From the NCBI GenBank assembly GCA_000002435.2, contig CM018793.1: a stretch of DNA of 64,000 bases. The stretch is one strand, 5' to 3'. Under the pieces are notes generated by a model. It was given only the letters and a program-made list of their open reading frames with translations, searched no databases and was not told the origin of the DNA. The first letter of the stretch is position 1, and every line of letters starts with the position of its first letter. Positions 29,757 to 40,200 of this stretch are shown in pieces. The stretch is from Giardia intestinalis (taxonomy: Eukaryota). The position numbers and the translations under genes are program-made.

Positions 29757-30533
29757 ATGCGATGTGACTGGGAGGTCGTAAAGCGCTGCTTTGAAGCCCA
29801 ACCAAACTTTGCTGACTATATCCCATCCAAGAAAAATGGCCTGTTTCCTGTAGATGAGAATATGGTCTTTCGAGCTCTGAATTTGGTTGGGAGTCCGCGA
29901 AATGTGCGTATTATCATAGTGGGCCAGGACCCCTATCCTCGTGCAGAATCTGCCGTCGGCATCTCATTCTTAGACGGTGCAGTCGAAAGCTTTCAGAGTC
30001 CTCGGCTAGCTCCAAGTGTCAGGCACGTGCTGCAGGCCATCTTGGTTTCTCGCAAACTAATGGGCCCCCAGGACAGCGTTGATAAATTGCGTGCTGTCTT
30101 GAAGGACAACATCGGAGAAACGCAGACAGAATGGTTTACCTCCCTTGCTACGCGATGCGGTGTTCTGTGGCTTAACCGAAGCCTAACGTTCGGAGGAAAG
30201 GACCCAAAGACCTTGCAAGTGCACCTGACATTTTGGAAGCCTGTTATAGAGACCATTCTGGAGGAGGTTGTGCGAGCAAGGACAAGCAGCGGATTGATTG
30301 TTTTGCTCTGGGGCGCGAAAGCAGCTGATCTTAGGCCCGTCTTGGTAGGGCTTGCAAACAAGCATAAAAACTGCTCTATGAAGCTCCTTTTAAATGTCCA
30401 CCCTCTAGGCCACACCTTTCCCGGCGCAGGAGTATTTGAAGCAGTAAAAAAGGTCGAGGAGGAGCTCAAGATGGGTGTAACTGACTTTCTATCTGCGACG
30501 GTTTCTAAACATGACCACAGTGATGAATTGTGA
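29757..30533 (+). CDS. UNG: Uracil-DNA glycosylase (family 1, UNG-like)
   Basis: 258 aa. The water-activating loop reads RIIIVGQDPYPRAESAVGISF (UNG: [20 protein letters not shown]). The uracil-specificity region is GVLWLN (UNG: GVLLLNAVLTV). The segment LIVLLWGAKA matches LVFLLWGSYA. The C-terminal His motif reads VHPLGH (UNG: AHPSPLS). It starts 8 nt after the cyclin stop. Confidence 0.7.
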   Translation: MRCDWEVVKRCFEAQPNFADYIPSKKNGLFPVDENMVFRALNLVGSPRNVRIIIVGQDPYPRAESAVGISFLDGAVESFQSPRLAPSVRHVLQAILVSRKLMGPQDSVDKLRAVLKDNIGETQTEWFTSLATRCGVLWLNRSLTFGGKDPKTLQVHLTFWKPVIETILEEVVRARTSSGLIVLLWGAKAADLRPVLVGLANKHKNCSMKLLLNVHPLGHTFPGAGVFEAVKKVEEELKMGVTDFLSATVSKHDHSDEL

Positions 30534-30674
30534 TAAAACTGGCTCTTTCAAAAACCTTCAAATTAAAAACTATGATGAGGTTAGCGATCCCAAGCGGGGC
30601 CTGGCCCTGCGTTGCAGACAACGCATCACCGCTCTGACCTTTACTAAATGCTGAGTGTGGCTCTGAGGGCTTTT

Positions 30675-31544
30675 CTACTGGAACACACTCACAATGGTTC
30701 GATTGGCAAGGACAGCTGCAGATGGACATAACCCGCAAAGGATAGAGTCTAAATCTGTGCTACTTTGGGGACGAATCTCCTTACCCACCAAAACGTGGTT
30801 TGTCAGGCGTCGTGCACTACCCGATACCAGTGTGGTTTTGCAGGCACTCATATCCTTGATGGGACCGGGATGACACAGGACTGTATCAGCTACCTCTTCT
30901 GGGTGAGCCGAAGAAAGATCCAGTAAGTGAATTGCGGATGAGCTTGTTCCCGCCAATACCCCGCCCCAGGGAAGAGCTGCTAACCTCGTGACCGTCGTAC
31001 CCCTTGTCGGTGAATCAGCATAGCGCTTGAAGCGAAGCTCTAGGCATGGCGTTTTCCTCCCTATCCGAGCATCAACCACCGAGATAATGTCTTCACAGGC
31101 GGCGCATATGCACCCAAATGTCGGGAGCACAGCTGCATGTGATGAGCAGAGCCTGAAGTGCCTGGAAGCGTCAGAATAGATGGGCATAGTGTGCACAAAA
31201 ACATTCTTGCTGGGGTCATAGATTGTCACCATCCCTCGAGACGTGCTTGCTACCACGAGCTCATAAGCATTTGGGCCCATAGCATGCAAGGAGGTGAGAA
31301 ACGCGGAATCTAACTTCATAGATATTCTATCACCAATTGCTATCTCACCGTTTCTGAAGCTGCAGTACAGCTTGTGCCCCGCTGCCAAGGCTGTCACAGG
31401 CGCGTTTTGAAGACTGCATGAGACGATGATTCTAGTTTGCTGGGCGTTGCTTCCAGTTGTTGAAATGTGCGTCACGCTTCCGCTATATGATCCAATTGCA
31501 TACCCATCTTCGAATTCAACGAGACCGCACGGTGGCCTGCTCAT
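30675..31544 (-). CDS. Hypothetical protein, possibly WD-repeat-like beta-propeller
   Basis: The track ORF is 30675..31604, but its first codon is TTG. The first ATG gives MSRPPCGLVEFEDGY... at the complement of 31542-31544. Ser/Gly/Thr-rich beta-strand-like segments are reminiscent of WD repeats. Evidence is weak. Confidence 0.35.
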   Translation of the reverse strand: MSRPPCGLVEFEDGYAIGSYSGSVTHISTTGSNAQQTRIIVSCSLQNAPVTALAAGHKLYCSFRNGEIAIGDRISMKLDSAFLTSLHAMGPNAYELVVASTSRGMVTIYDPSKNVFVHTMPIYSDASRHFRLCSSHAAVLPTFGCICAACEDIISVVDARIGRKTPCLELRFKRYADSPTRGTTVTRLAALPWGGVLAGTSSSAIHLLDLSSAHPEEVADTVLCHPGPIKDMSACKTTLVSGSARRLTNHVLVGKEIRPQSSTDLDSILCGLCPSAAVLANRTIVSVFQ

Positions 31545-31779
31545 GCAAGGAATTTGGAGCGTCGCACTCAGCTTTCTATGCTGTGCAGTGGCCGGTAAGG
31601 GCAAATCCGTCGCCTGGAGAAGCTCAAACCAGCAGGAAAGATGTCGTGGGAACCCAGAGAGGTGCCGAATCGAGGCATCAAGGCCAGGACCGCGAACGTT
31701 ATAACCACTTGGTGGATCCAGCGATGGAATAAATTAGAAATTTACCTACTGCAAACCGTAACACACTAAGTGCAGAGAA

Positions 31780-33849
31780 TTAAAACTCATCTACGCTGCC
31801 CATGAGCTTTATGTTCTCGGCCGCTGTTCTCTTCCTTGAGACTATCTTCGATCCCCGCCGCCTCCGCAGGACGAGCCAGCATGCGAGGGCGACGGCCGCT
31901 ATGATGAGAAGAGAGACAACGACTGCCACAGTGACCGTCGTGGAGCTGGAGCTGGCCTTCCTGGTCTGAGAGACGCATGTGTCATCCTGGAGAATGTACC
32001 CCTCCATGCATATGCAGAGAGAGCCGACTGATTCTGATCCGCTTGGACAGCCTGAGGCGCAGGATCTCTTGCTCGGCTGGACGTTGTGGCTGCTGTCCGC
32101 ACATGAGAGGCACTCGCCACTTGCGCTGCAGTTCGAGCACCCCGTGGCGTCTGACGGACAGGTGTTCTTAACGATGCATGCGCCGTCACTGCTGGGCTCG
32201 AAGCCCTCCGCACAGACGCATCTGCCACTACCATCTGGTTGCTGATTTGGTCCATTACACTGAGATACACACGAAGAACTATCTAGCGAGATCAATCCTT
32301 GGGAACACTTTGTGCACATGACTCTGCTGTTGCTGAAGGTACATGTTTGGCACTCCTCAATGCCACACTGGAAACACGAACGGCTGTCGGTGTCTGCATA
32401 GTACCCGTCACCACATTCAGAGGGATCCACACAGATTTTGCCTGAGGCACTATACTTCATGTATTTTCCCGAAGCACATGAGATACAGCTACTAGCTCCA
32501 GGGCCCGTGCAATCTGCGCAAACTGGATCGCATGCCTCGCAGTTACTTGTGCCAGTGTCTAAGTAGGTTCCTGAGCCACATTTGCAGCGGCAAATACCAT
32601 TTTCATCACACCTACCTGGATTATTTGCTGGGCACGAGTCAACACAGGATGCACCGCCCACGGCTGCATACTTGTTGTTTTTGCAGCCGATGCATATGAG
32701 TGTGTTTGGCTCATTATACTTAGTAACGCAGCTAGCACAGTCAGCAATTGAGGCATTACAAAGGTTGCATGTTCCATCCCTTTTAAAGTATCCGTTTTCT
32801 TCTCTGCAAGTAGTACACTTACCATTGAAGGCCTCTACGCATATGGTGCTTCCAAGGACATCGTTTGTATTATAACAACCACCTTCATACAAAAAGACGC
32901 TGCGGATGGGGGAGTTTTGATTGCAAGCAGTGCACCTTCCTTCGGACGCATCCTTTTCGCAGCTATTCCATCTACCAGACGGCTTACAATTACCATTGTG
33001 AGGGATCTCACTAGAATTAGCACACTTCTTACAGGCAGAATAACCACTTATTTCAAACTGGCTAGCTGAGTCACATATCGTATTTCCTGTCCCAGTTTTG
33101 CTATAACACCCGCCTTTGTGATAGATATAGTCAGTTGAACAGTGAGTGCAGTACCCATTCTCACACTTATTGGAACCAAAAGCCGTACATACACCATCAA
33201 TCGGAGCTTTATCGTCAGCTGAACAAGAAGTACACTGAATACTAGCAGTGCTTGCAGCATTACTTGGTGCAGGATCTTTTGCTAAAGAAACACAGGTTGA
33301 ACAACCATCCATTCCAACCTTACCATTGAAGCCAACAGTATCACCACACAGGATACACTTTTCCTTGGCAGTACTATCCGAGTTCGTAAAAACACTTTCA
33401 GAGTATGTTTCGCAAACGCTACACATACCACTTGAAACAGTCTTACAGATGTGTGAGCCAGGCCACTCATCCTTGCTGTAGCAACCACCATAAAATAGGA
33501 AGTAAGTTGTCTCTGCATTAGGATCGTCACTTCTACTTCCCTTTCTACCAGTGCATGACGTGCAGCGCTTTGTAGCACCGTTGTCATTGGTCTGTGCTGT
33601 AACACAAACTGAAGTATCAACGGAGGAATCCCCTGCTCCAACACATGCCCCATTGATGGGTACCTTTCCAGATTTGCACTCAGTACACAAGGTTATTCCT
33701 CTATCAAACATAACACACTTATTTTCTACGCAATCTGTATGGGTTGGGCCGCATGCCACGTAGTAGCTGTTTACATACGGAGTCGAACTATCGTCTGCCT
33801 GAATCGCTTGACTGAGAGCAAGTACGCCAAGGAACAACAGCACCAGCAT
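31780..33849 (-). CDS. High-cysteine membrane protein (HCMP; VSP-like Cys-rich type I surface protein lacking the CRGKA tail)
   Basis: 689 aa. The signal peptide is MLVLLFLGVLALSQA. There are dozens of CXXC/CXC motifs and three GGCY motifs (FYGGCYSKD, HKGGCYSKT, YEGGCYNTN). A single C-terminal TM helix (VAVVVSLLIIAAVALACWLV) is followed by a basic 28-aa cytoplasmic tail (RRRRGSKIV...SVDEF), not CRGKA. Confidence 0.85.
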   Translation of the reverse strand: MLVLLFLGVLALSQAIQADDSSTPYVNSYYVACGPTHTDCVENKCVMFDRGITLCTECKSGKVPINGACVGAGDSSVDTSVCVTAQTNDNGATKRCTSCTGRKGSRSDDPNAETTYFLFYGGCYSKDEWPGSHICKTVSSGMCSVCETYSESVFTNSDSTAKEKCILCGDTVGFNGKVGMDGCSTCVSLAKDPAPSNAASTASIQCTSCSADDKAPIDGVCTAFGSNKCENGYCTHCSTDYIYHKGGCYSKTGTGNTICDSASQFEISGYSACKKCANSSEIPHNGNCKPSGRWNSCEKDASEGRCTACNQNSPIRSVFLYEGGCYNTNDVLGSTICVEAFNGKCTTCREENGYFKRDGTCNLCNASIADCASCVTKYNEPNTLICIGCKNNKYAAVGGASCVDSCPANNPGRCDENGICRCKCGSGTYLDTGTSNCEACDPVCADCTGPGASSCISCASGKYMKYSASGKICVDPSECGDGYYADTDSRSCFQCGIEECQTCTFSNSRVMCTKCSQGLISLDSSSCVSQCNGPNQQPDGSGRCVCAEGFEPSSDGACIVKNTCPSDATGCSNCSASGECLSCADSSHNVQPSKRSCASGCPSGSESVGSLCICMEGYILQDDTCVSQTRKASSSSTTVTVAVVVSLLIIAAVALACWLVLRRRRGSKIVSRKRTAAENIKLMGSVDEF

Positions 33850-34309
33850 CAGTGGATTTTTTGATTGTTGCCTGCCCCAATGCTCACCTTTGCGAATACA
33901 AAAAGATTTCTTCTATAATTTATAACATTAATTAGTAGAGCAGGCGTGTGTAGGCAGATATTGATAACTCCTGTATTTAGGACCACGAAGTGAAGGAGAG
34001 TAACTGTTGACATCCTGAGTGCCACACTAAGTTCAACATGTAAAGGATATTACTGCACGAGAAATTATCCTAGTGGAAGGCCCTGTTTTCAATCCTATAG
34101 CTGAACTGTCCGATGTGTTGTCTTATAGTTCGTCCCAACGCATCATCTTTTGGTTTATGCTTGCAAAATAATTAGCGTAAAATAATACGAACGAGGATTT
34201 ATACCTTCTATTATGTTATTTCATATACAAGAGTGTTGTACTAACAGAGTAGGGCACGATAACGGGGCAAGAAGAACGGTGTAAGGAAAACAGTTTTTAA
34301 TTTCCAAAA
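33850..34309. promoter_or_regulatory. 460-bp A/T-rich divergent intergenic region between the HCMP and a hypothetical gene
   Basis: This is the longest non-coding stretch in the window. It ends in ggaaaacagtttttaatttccaaaaATG. It presumably carries promoters for both flanking genes. Confidence 0.4.
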
Positions 34310-37198
34310 ATGGGTCTCGATAAAGAGGAGTCAGTGTCTGTTCACAGGGAGCCTTTGGAAACAACACCAGCCAATTCCTCTGATATCAAAGAGAGGGTGC
34401 CCCCAAACGAGTCGGAGACCACAAGGAGCTCTCAACCTTCAGGTCATAGGAAGCGCTCAAGTCGCAAGCACAGTTCTGCTTCAAAGGCGCGCATGACAGA
34501 GTCAGATAGCGAAATTCTGGACAGCGTGCTCTCCGTCTTGGAAACGACGCTTAGCCAGTCAAACACTGATGCACAGGTACTCTCTAGACGGCACGTCAAG
34601 CGATCTGCGTCAGCCATGTCATCGGCAATGCTCCAGTCTGGAGGATACTTTGTTGACGAGCACGGGGATCTGCAGCAGGGTACATCGCGTGCTGCCAGCT
34701 CCAGTCGCCCCCGCTCATACTCTGCTTCGCGAGCTGGGTGCTGCGATAGTGGCATAGCAGATCACCTTCGGTTATCTGTACTTCCAGAGGAAGGACACAG
34801 GAAACATAAACATGATTCACTGGTTCCTTCAGTGGCTTTTAAAGCTCCAACTCAACCTCCCAAATTTACGAATTTCCTCCGTGCACACCACGCCGTTCCG
34901 TTCGATATGCATGCGTGCAAGATAAGCCAGTCACGTACTGCAAGACCAGGGCCCATTGCCACGGGAGGAATAGCCTCTCCGGCAGACATCAAGCAGCTTC
35001 TCTCTCGAGAAAGCCTTCAGGAAATTAAGCTCAAGAATGACGCTGCTCAGCGGTCGGTTTTATCTGTTTCTGCAGAGCACACGCACATTCCAGAGAGGTC
35101 CAGCTCTTCTCGTCATGCAACACGACCCACAGTCAAAGAGTTCAATACGCAGTCTGTGCGTGCAGTGAAACCCGTCCCTCTTGCACAAATTTGCAATAGG
35201 CCTGTGAAGGCCACAGACTCTACTCTTCGATCAGCAAGCACTTCTTCTTTTCTGACCCAGCAGTCTGGCTCGTCGTCGTCTCTTCACGAGCAACAATCAT
35301 TTACGACTGAAGAAACAGCTATACTGCATTCCAATCAAACAGTGCAACTGCCTAAACAACCACACTCTGGAAAGCTAGTCTTCAAGGGCCTGAAGCTCCT
35401 GAAGCCTGCTAAAGCGACTGAGAGTGGCCCCCAGATGCATGTACAGCAAGCAGAATTTAGTGAGCATAGCGCTAGAATAAGTAGAGCAGATACTACAGAT
35501 ATTGCAGGAATGGAGAGCTTCTCAGAGTCGTCGTTTGTGGACGCAGACATCATCCAGGTACCAGTACCTCCTCCACGCAAAAGCGCTGAGGCAATTGATC
35601 CGGCCACAGCGGAAAGCAACACATTAAAGGCAGAAGATTGTGAACGAGCCGAAGCATATCTATCAAATTCAAACTTGATCACTTTCTCTCACTCCCAAAA
35701 GCCTGCCAAGAGTGATGTCGTCGAAAGCGGCTCTGCTCAGTTTCAGGTGCTTGCAAAGGAGGTAGGTGTGGAAGGCGCTTTCGATCTTTTGCGTAAGGAA
35801 TTTATTACACTAGGCGTTCGGCTGGCACAACTGGCCAATAGGAGATCCTATGTTGAGTCTGCTCTAAATAACTACGAAAGCTTTACGTCTGATGGCAACG
35901 CGGATCATTCTTATCTAACGGCAGAGATAGAGGAGACTCAGCGCAAGCTTGATGCAATTGAAGATGAAATGACTCAGATATTGGCAAGGCGGGCAGATCT
36001 TCGACAGCACTTTGCAGACGCTGGAGTTAACATCCAAACAGAGGTGATCAGCGAAAGACAAGCTCGGAAGGCTAAAATTGATCAAGCATTGCTTTTAGAG
36101 TTGAACCCCCTTGAGGCGGCTCAGTCGGTCAAGGGGAATTCCTGTGCAGAAACCCTAAATACTACCTGGCTCACTGGCAATCAAGCAGCTAGTATAGCTG
36201 ATTCATGCGATCATAGTATATTCATGTGTGATGAGTCCTTGCGTACGAGCCTGCAAGGTACCAGCAAGCCTAACGTTCCACGTCCACAACTTCCCATGAA
36301 TCTGTCTATCTCTGTAAAAGATATGGCAGTGGGGGCAAGCATGCAGGTAGCGCTTGATGACTCAGCAGTCATGGGTGCTCGTGTGGCTCAAGAGGATCAA
36401 CCCTCGAACAGTACTGAAGTTGGTCTACAAGTAGCTGAATCTGTTACTGTGCAGCGGGTATCAGCAAGTGATACTATAGATCATATTTCGCGAATTATCA
36501 GTCCTCAATATGTGGACACGGAAAGACGCAACATGTCAAGGCTTATGGCGGTGCTATTGACAGCATTTGAAAACCCTAGTGATGCGTCTGTATATGCAGA
36601 AGAAAACATCCTCAAGTATAGCACTGCCATCAGCAATCTAGGCTCATCTAATAGCGATGCAAGTATGAAGGCTGCATTGCCCGCGCTGATCAGGCCCTAT
36701 TCTGATGTGATTGTGCTCCTTATGGAGGGCTTATCGTCCTTTTTACATACAGGAAGATCGACAGCCCTCATACGCGCGGTTGTAGCGTCTAGAAAACATC
36801 CCGGATGGATGTGCTCTCCCGTGCTCAAGGTGTTAGCATCCGTGTTAGAAATCTTGTCCTTACATGTTGCAACGTGTGATACTACAGCTGGTTGCCTGGA
36901 TAATCACTATTTCCGTACAGTCCACAGTGGAGGTGCATGGATTGTTTCGGAGTTAATAGTATTTCTGCGGTGTTCTCTGCAAAGCATGAACGTTATATCA
37001 GTAGATGATGCGCACCAGATAATGACGGCTATATTAACCTTTTCCTCGTGCGTATCGTCAGAGGTATCCCAGCGGTGGCGTAAGGAGCTACACGCGATTG
37101 TCTCCGCTGAGCCACAATTACAACGATACAGAGACCTCCAGGAAGCTTTGCCACGTGGTAAAGAAAGCAGTGACGGAGTTGCAATCGAACAGAGATGA
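34310..37198 (+). CDS. Hypothetical protein (962 aa), Ser-rich N-terminal half
   Basis: Long ORF with an ATG start immediately after an A/T-rich initiator. No recognisable catalytic motifs. Confidence 0.55.
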   Translation: MGLDKEESVSVHREPLETTPANSSDIKERVPPNESETTRSSQPSGHRKRSSRKHSSASKARMTESDSEILDSVLSVLETTLSQSNTDAQVLSRRHVKRSASAMSSAMLQSGGYFVDEHGDLQQGTSRAASSSRPRSYSASRAGCCDSGIADHLRLSVLPEEGHRKHKHDSLVPSVAFKAPTQPPKFTNFLRAHHAVPFDMHACKISQSRTARPGPIATGGIASPADIKQLLSRESLQEIKLKNDAAQRSVLSVSAEHTHIPERSSSSRHATRPTVKEFNTQSVRAVKPVPLAQICNRPVKATDSTLRSASTSSFLTQQSGSSSSLHEQQSFTTEETAILHSNQTVQLPKQPHSGKLVFKGLKLLKPAKATESGPQMHVQQAEFSEHSARISRADTTDIAGMESFSESSFVDADIIQVPVPPPRKSAEAIDPATAESNTLKAEDCERAEAYLSNSNLITFSHSQKPAKSDVVESGSAQFQVLAKEVGVEGAFDLLRKEFITLGVRLAQLANRRSYVESALNNYESFTSDGNADHSYLTAEIEETQRKLDAIEDEMTQILARRADLRQHFADAGVNIQTEVISERQARKAKIDQALLLELNPLEAAQSVKGNSCAETLNTTWLTGNQAASIADSCDHSIFMCDESLRTSLQGTSKPNVPRPQLPMNLSISVKDMAVGASMQVALDDSAVMGARVAQEDQPSNSTEVGLQVAESVTVQRVSASDTIDHISRIISPQYVDTERRNMSRLMAVLLTAFENPSDASVYAEENILKYSTAISNLGSSNSDASMKAALPALIRPYSDVIVLLMEGLSSFLHTGRSTALIRAVVASRKHPGWMCSPVLKVLASVLEILSLHVATCDTTAGCLDNHYFRTVHSGGAWIVSELIVFLRCSLQSMNVISVDDAHQIMTAILTFSSCVSSEVSQRWRKELHAIVSAEPQLQRYRDLQEALPRGKESSDGVAIEQR

Positions 37199-37239
37199 AT
37201 GAACAAGGCTGAGTGGATCACAAAATAAATTAATTGCTG

Positions 37240-40200
37240 ATGGAGGGCCAGGGCAAGAGTAAGGCTAAAGCGGCGAAAGCGGCGAAGGGGGGCTCTGGCA
37301 AGGCCATCGTTCAGAAGGCAGAAGGAAAGGCCTTGAGGACAGAGCTCAAAGCTTTCGAATATGAGTATGAAACTCCAGTGGGGGAAAAGAAGAATATCAG
37401 CGGTGCATGGCCCAAGGCATACAATCCGTCTGTTATTGAGAAAAGCTGGTATGAGTGGTGGGAGGCTGCCGGCTTCTTCAGCCCGGATATGCAGAAGAAC
37501 ATCCGAAGCAAGGACTCACGCTGCAAATTCACCCTGCTGATCCCTCCACCGAATGTCACTGGGTCCCTACATATTGGCCACGCTCTCACTAATTCCATTC
37601 AAGACGCGCTTGTGCGGTGGTATCGCATGATGGGGTACAGGACGTTGTACCTCCCCGGGCTTGATCACGCTGGGATAGCAACGCAGTCTGTCGTTGAGCG
37701 CAATATTATGAAAACTGAGGGGAAAACACGACACGACCTTGGGCGAGAGCGGTTTTTGGAAAGAGCTTGGGCTTGGAAGGAGCAGTTCGGTGGGCGAATT
37801 CTGTCTCAGCTGCGAATTTTAGGCTCCAGCTTTGATTGGTCCCGGTCTGTCTTCACGCTGGACCCAGCTCGCAGTAGAGTACATAACGAGTCCTTCGTAA
37901 AGCTGTTCAATAGGGGTCTTATTTACCGTGATTCTCGCTTAGTTAACTGGGACTGCTCTCTGCAGACTGCAGTCAGCGATGTGGAAGTTGAGTACATCGA
38001 CCTGAAGCTCCCACGACAGCTTTCCGTCCGAAATCACGATCCTGGGAAGAGCTATCCCTTTGGATACCTGTGGCGTTTTTCTTACAAGGTCATTCCGAGT
38101 TACCTTGCAGACAAGAGCGAAGCAGATCTCCTGACCGCTTTTCAGAGCGGTGAGCTGAAGTTCGCTTGTCAGGACTGTGCTAAGTTCTACACCTCTTCTA
38201 TACTTCCACTTCTCGACAGCGATTCTATTGCAGAGGGTAGCCCGTCGCCTTATGAGCTATTACGCTTACATCAATGTGCGGATCCGGGGTGCTTATTTAC
38301 GGCGGAGGAGTTAGTTGTAGCCACTACACGGCCTGAGACGATTATAGGAGACACTGCTGTTGCAGTTCATCCCCGAGACCATCGGTACACGGATCTCCAT
38401 GGGAGGTGTCTTTTCCACCCTATTCTGTTAGGAAAGAAGGTGCCCATCGTGCTTGATGATGTTCTAGTTGACATGGAGTATGGTACTGGTTGTGTCAAGG
38501 TCACACCCGCTCACGATCCTAACGATTTTGAGTCTGGGCGTCGTAATAAGCTAGAGTATCTTCAGATATTTACTGACGATGGGAGAATTGTACAAATGAT
38601 AGAAAGCACACACAACGGAATTACCTACCACTTACCAGCTCGCTTTGCAGGAGTAAAGCGCTTCGATGGGCGTTTGGAAATGCTTTCTTATCTTAAAGAA
38701 GCTGCGCTTTACAGAGGTCGTACCCCAAATCCAATGGTAATTGGAACATGTCAGAGGTCTGGTGACATTTTGGAACCTATGGTCAAACCACAGTGGTACC
38801 TGAACTGTGAACAGATGGCCCAACGGGCCCTTAATGCAGTCTATGCTCCGCCGTCGGAAGCAGAGCGGCTGCTCATTGTTCCCGAGATGCACAAGGACAC
38901 CTGGAAGTCATATCTGGCTAATATAAGACCGTGGTGTATTTCTCGTCAACTGTGGTGGGGACACAGGATTCCGTGCTACAAGTTTTGGTTTGGAGACAAT
39001 CCAGAGCCATCTGGCGACAAAACTGAGCACTGGGTGGCAGCATGTTCAGAGGAGGAGGCGCGGAGAATTATTACCAAGAAGCACTTGGACGTACAGGGTC
39101 AGCTCCATCTCAAGCAGGACGATGACGTAACCGACACGTGGTTTTCATCGGGGCTCTTCCCCTTCTCATGCTTTGCGGACAGTGAGCGAGACTTTTCCAG
39201 GTACTACCCCGGGTCTGTTCTGGAGACAGGTAACGATATCATCTTCTTCTGGGTGGCTCGGATGGTCATGCTCAGTCTCGAACTCTACAATGTCCTTCCT
39301 TTCAGGGAGGTGTACCTCCATGCCCTTGTTCGGGATGCTCACGGGGCAAAAATGTCGAAGTCTAAGGGTAACGTTGTTGATCCGATAGACGTGATCAAGG
39401 GAATTACTCTTCAAGAGATGGGAGATAAGGTGCGCGCCACAAACCTGCCACCAAAGGAGATTGAGCGTGCCCTCGAACTCCAGAGCAAGGATTTTCCGAT
39501 TGGAATTCCAGAGTGCGGGACAGATGCGCTTCGGTTTGCATTGTGCGCGTATACTGGTCAAGGCCGATCTATCAACCTAGATGTTAACAAGATAGTCGCT
39601 TATAGGAATTTCTGCAATAAGATCTTCAACGCTGTTAAGTTTGGGTGCTACTTTAGTGGGATATGTGATGTGCTCGATGTGGACACTGGAGCTACAAACG
39701 CTTGTGGCCGGTTTTGGCAGAGCAACATCCGTCATTACGAAGATTTTAATGATTTCATCATGAGGGTTTATCGCACAACTCTATCCGCTCGTACGTTTAA
39801 AACTACAGCAGCTACTGTGGGCGAACTGGACCCCACAGCTGCTTACACTACCAATGATCCTAACGACATCTATACCCCGTGCACTCAGTCTGAAGATCAT
39901 CAGTCAATTGTTGCAGCAAGATGGATTCTCTCGCGGCTTTACAATACAGTACGCACAGTGACGAAGAGCTTCCGCGAATTCCGAATCGCCGATGCATGCA
40001 CTGCAATCTATACCTTCTGGTATGATGACCTATGCGATGTCTTTTTGGAACTTGTTAAACCTATAATTGCGTCGATGTCCGCGGAACCAAAGCGCCTTGA
40101 TGCGCACGCAGAGATCATGCGGATGGTCTACTTCTGTTGCATCGATCAAGGTCTCCGTCTCCTGCACCCGTTTATGCCATTCTTGTCAGAGGAGCTCTTT

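Noticed and set aside
31780-33849. Calling the Cys-rich surface protein a variant-specific surface protein (VSP)
   Set aside because: The C-terminus is ...RRRRGSKIVSRKRTAAENIKLMGSVDEF, not the invariant CRGKA pentapeptide that defines VSPs. HCMP is the better-supported call.
34225-34250. ctaacagag motif resembling the Giardia intron branch/3' splice consensus (CTRACACACAG)
   Set aside because: The match is imperfect, there is no upstream GTATGT donor in a coding context, and it lies in intergenic DNA. No intron is needed to explain any ORF in the window.
33850-34309. Possible tRNA or small ncRNA in the long A/T-rich spacer; the fragment tagttcgtccc resembles a T-loop
   Set aside because: I could not assemble a cloverleaf: no matching T-stem partner, acceptor stem or anticodon arm. 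Nothing here passes by eye.
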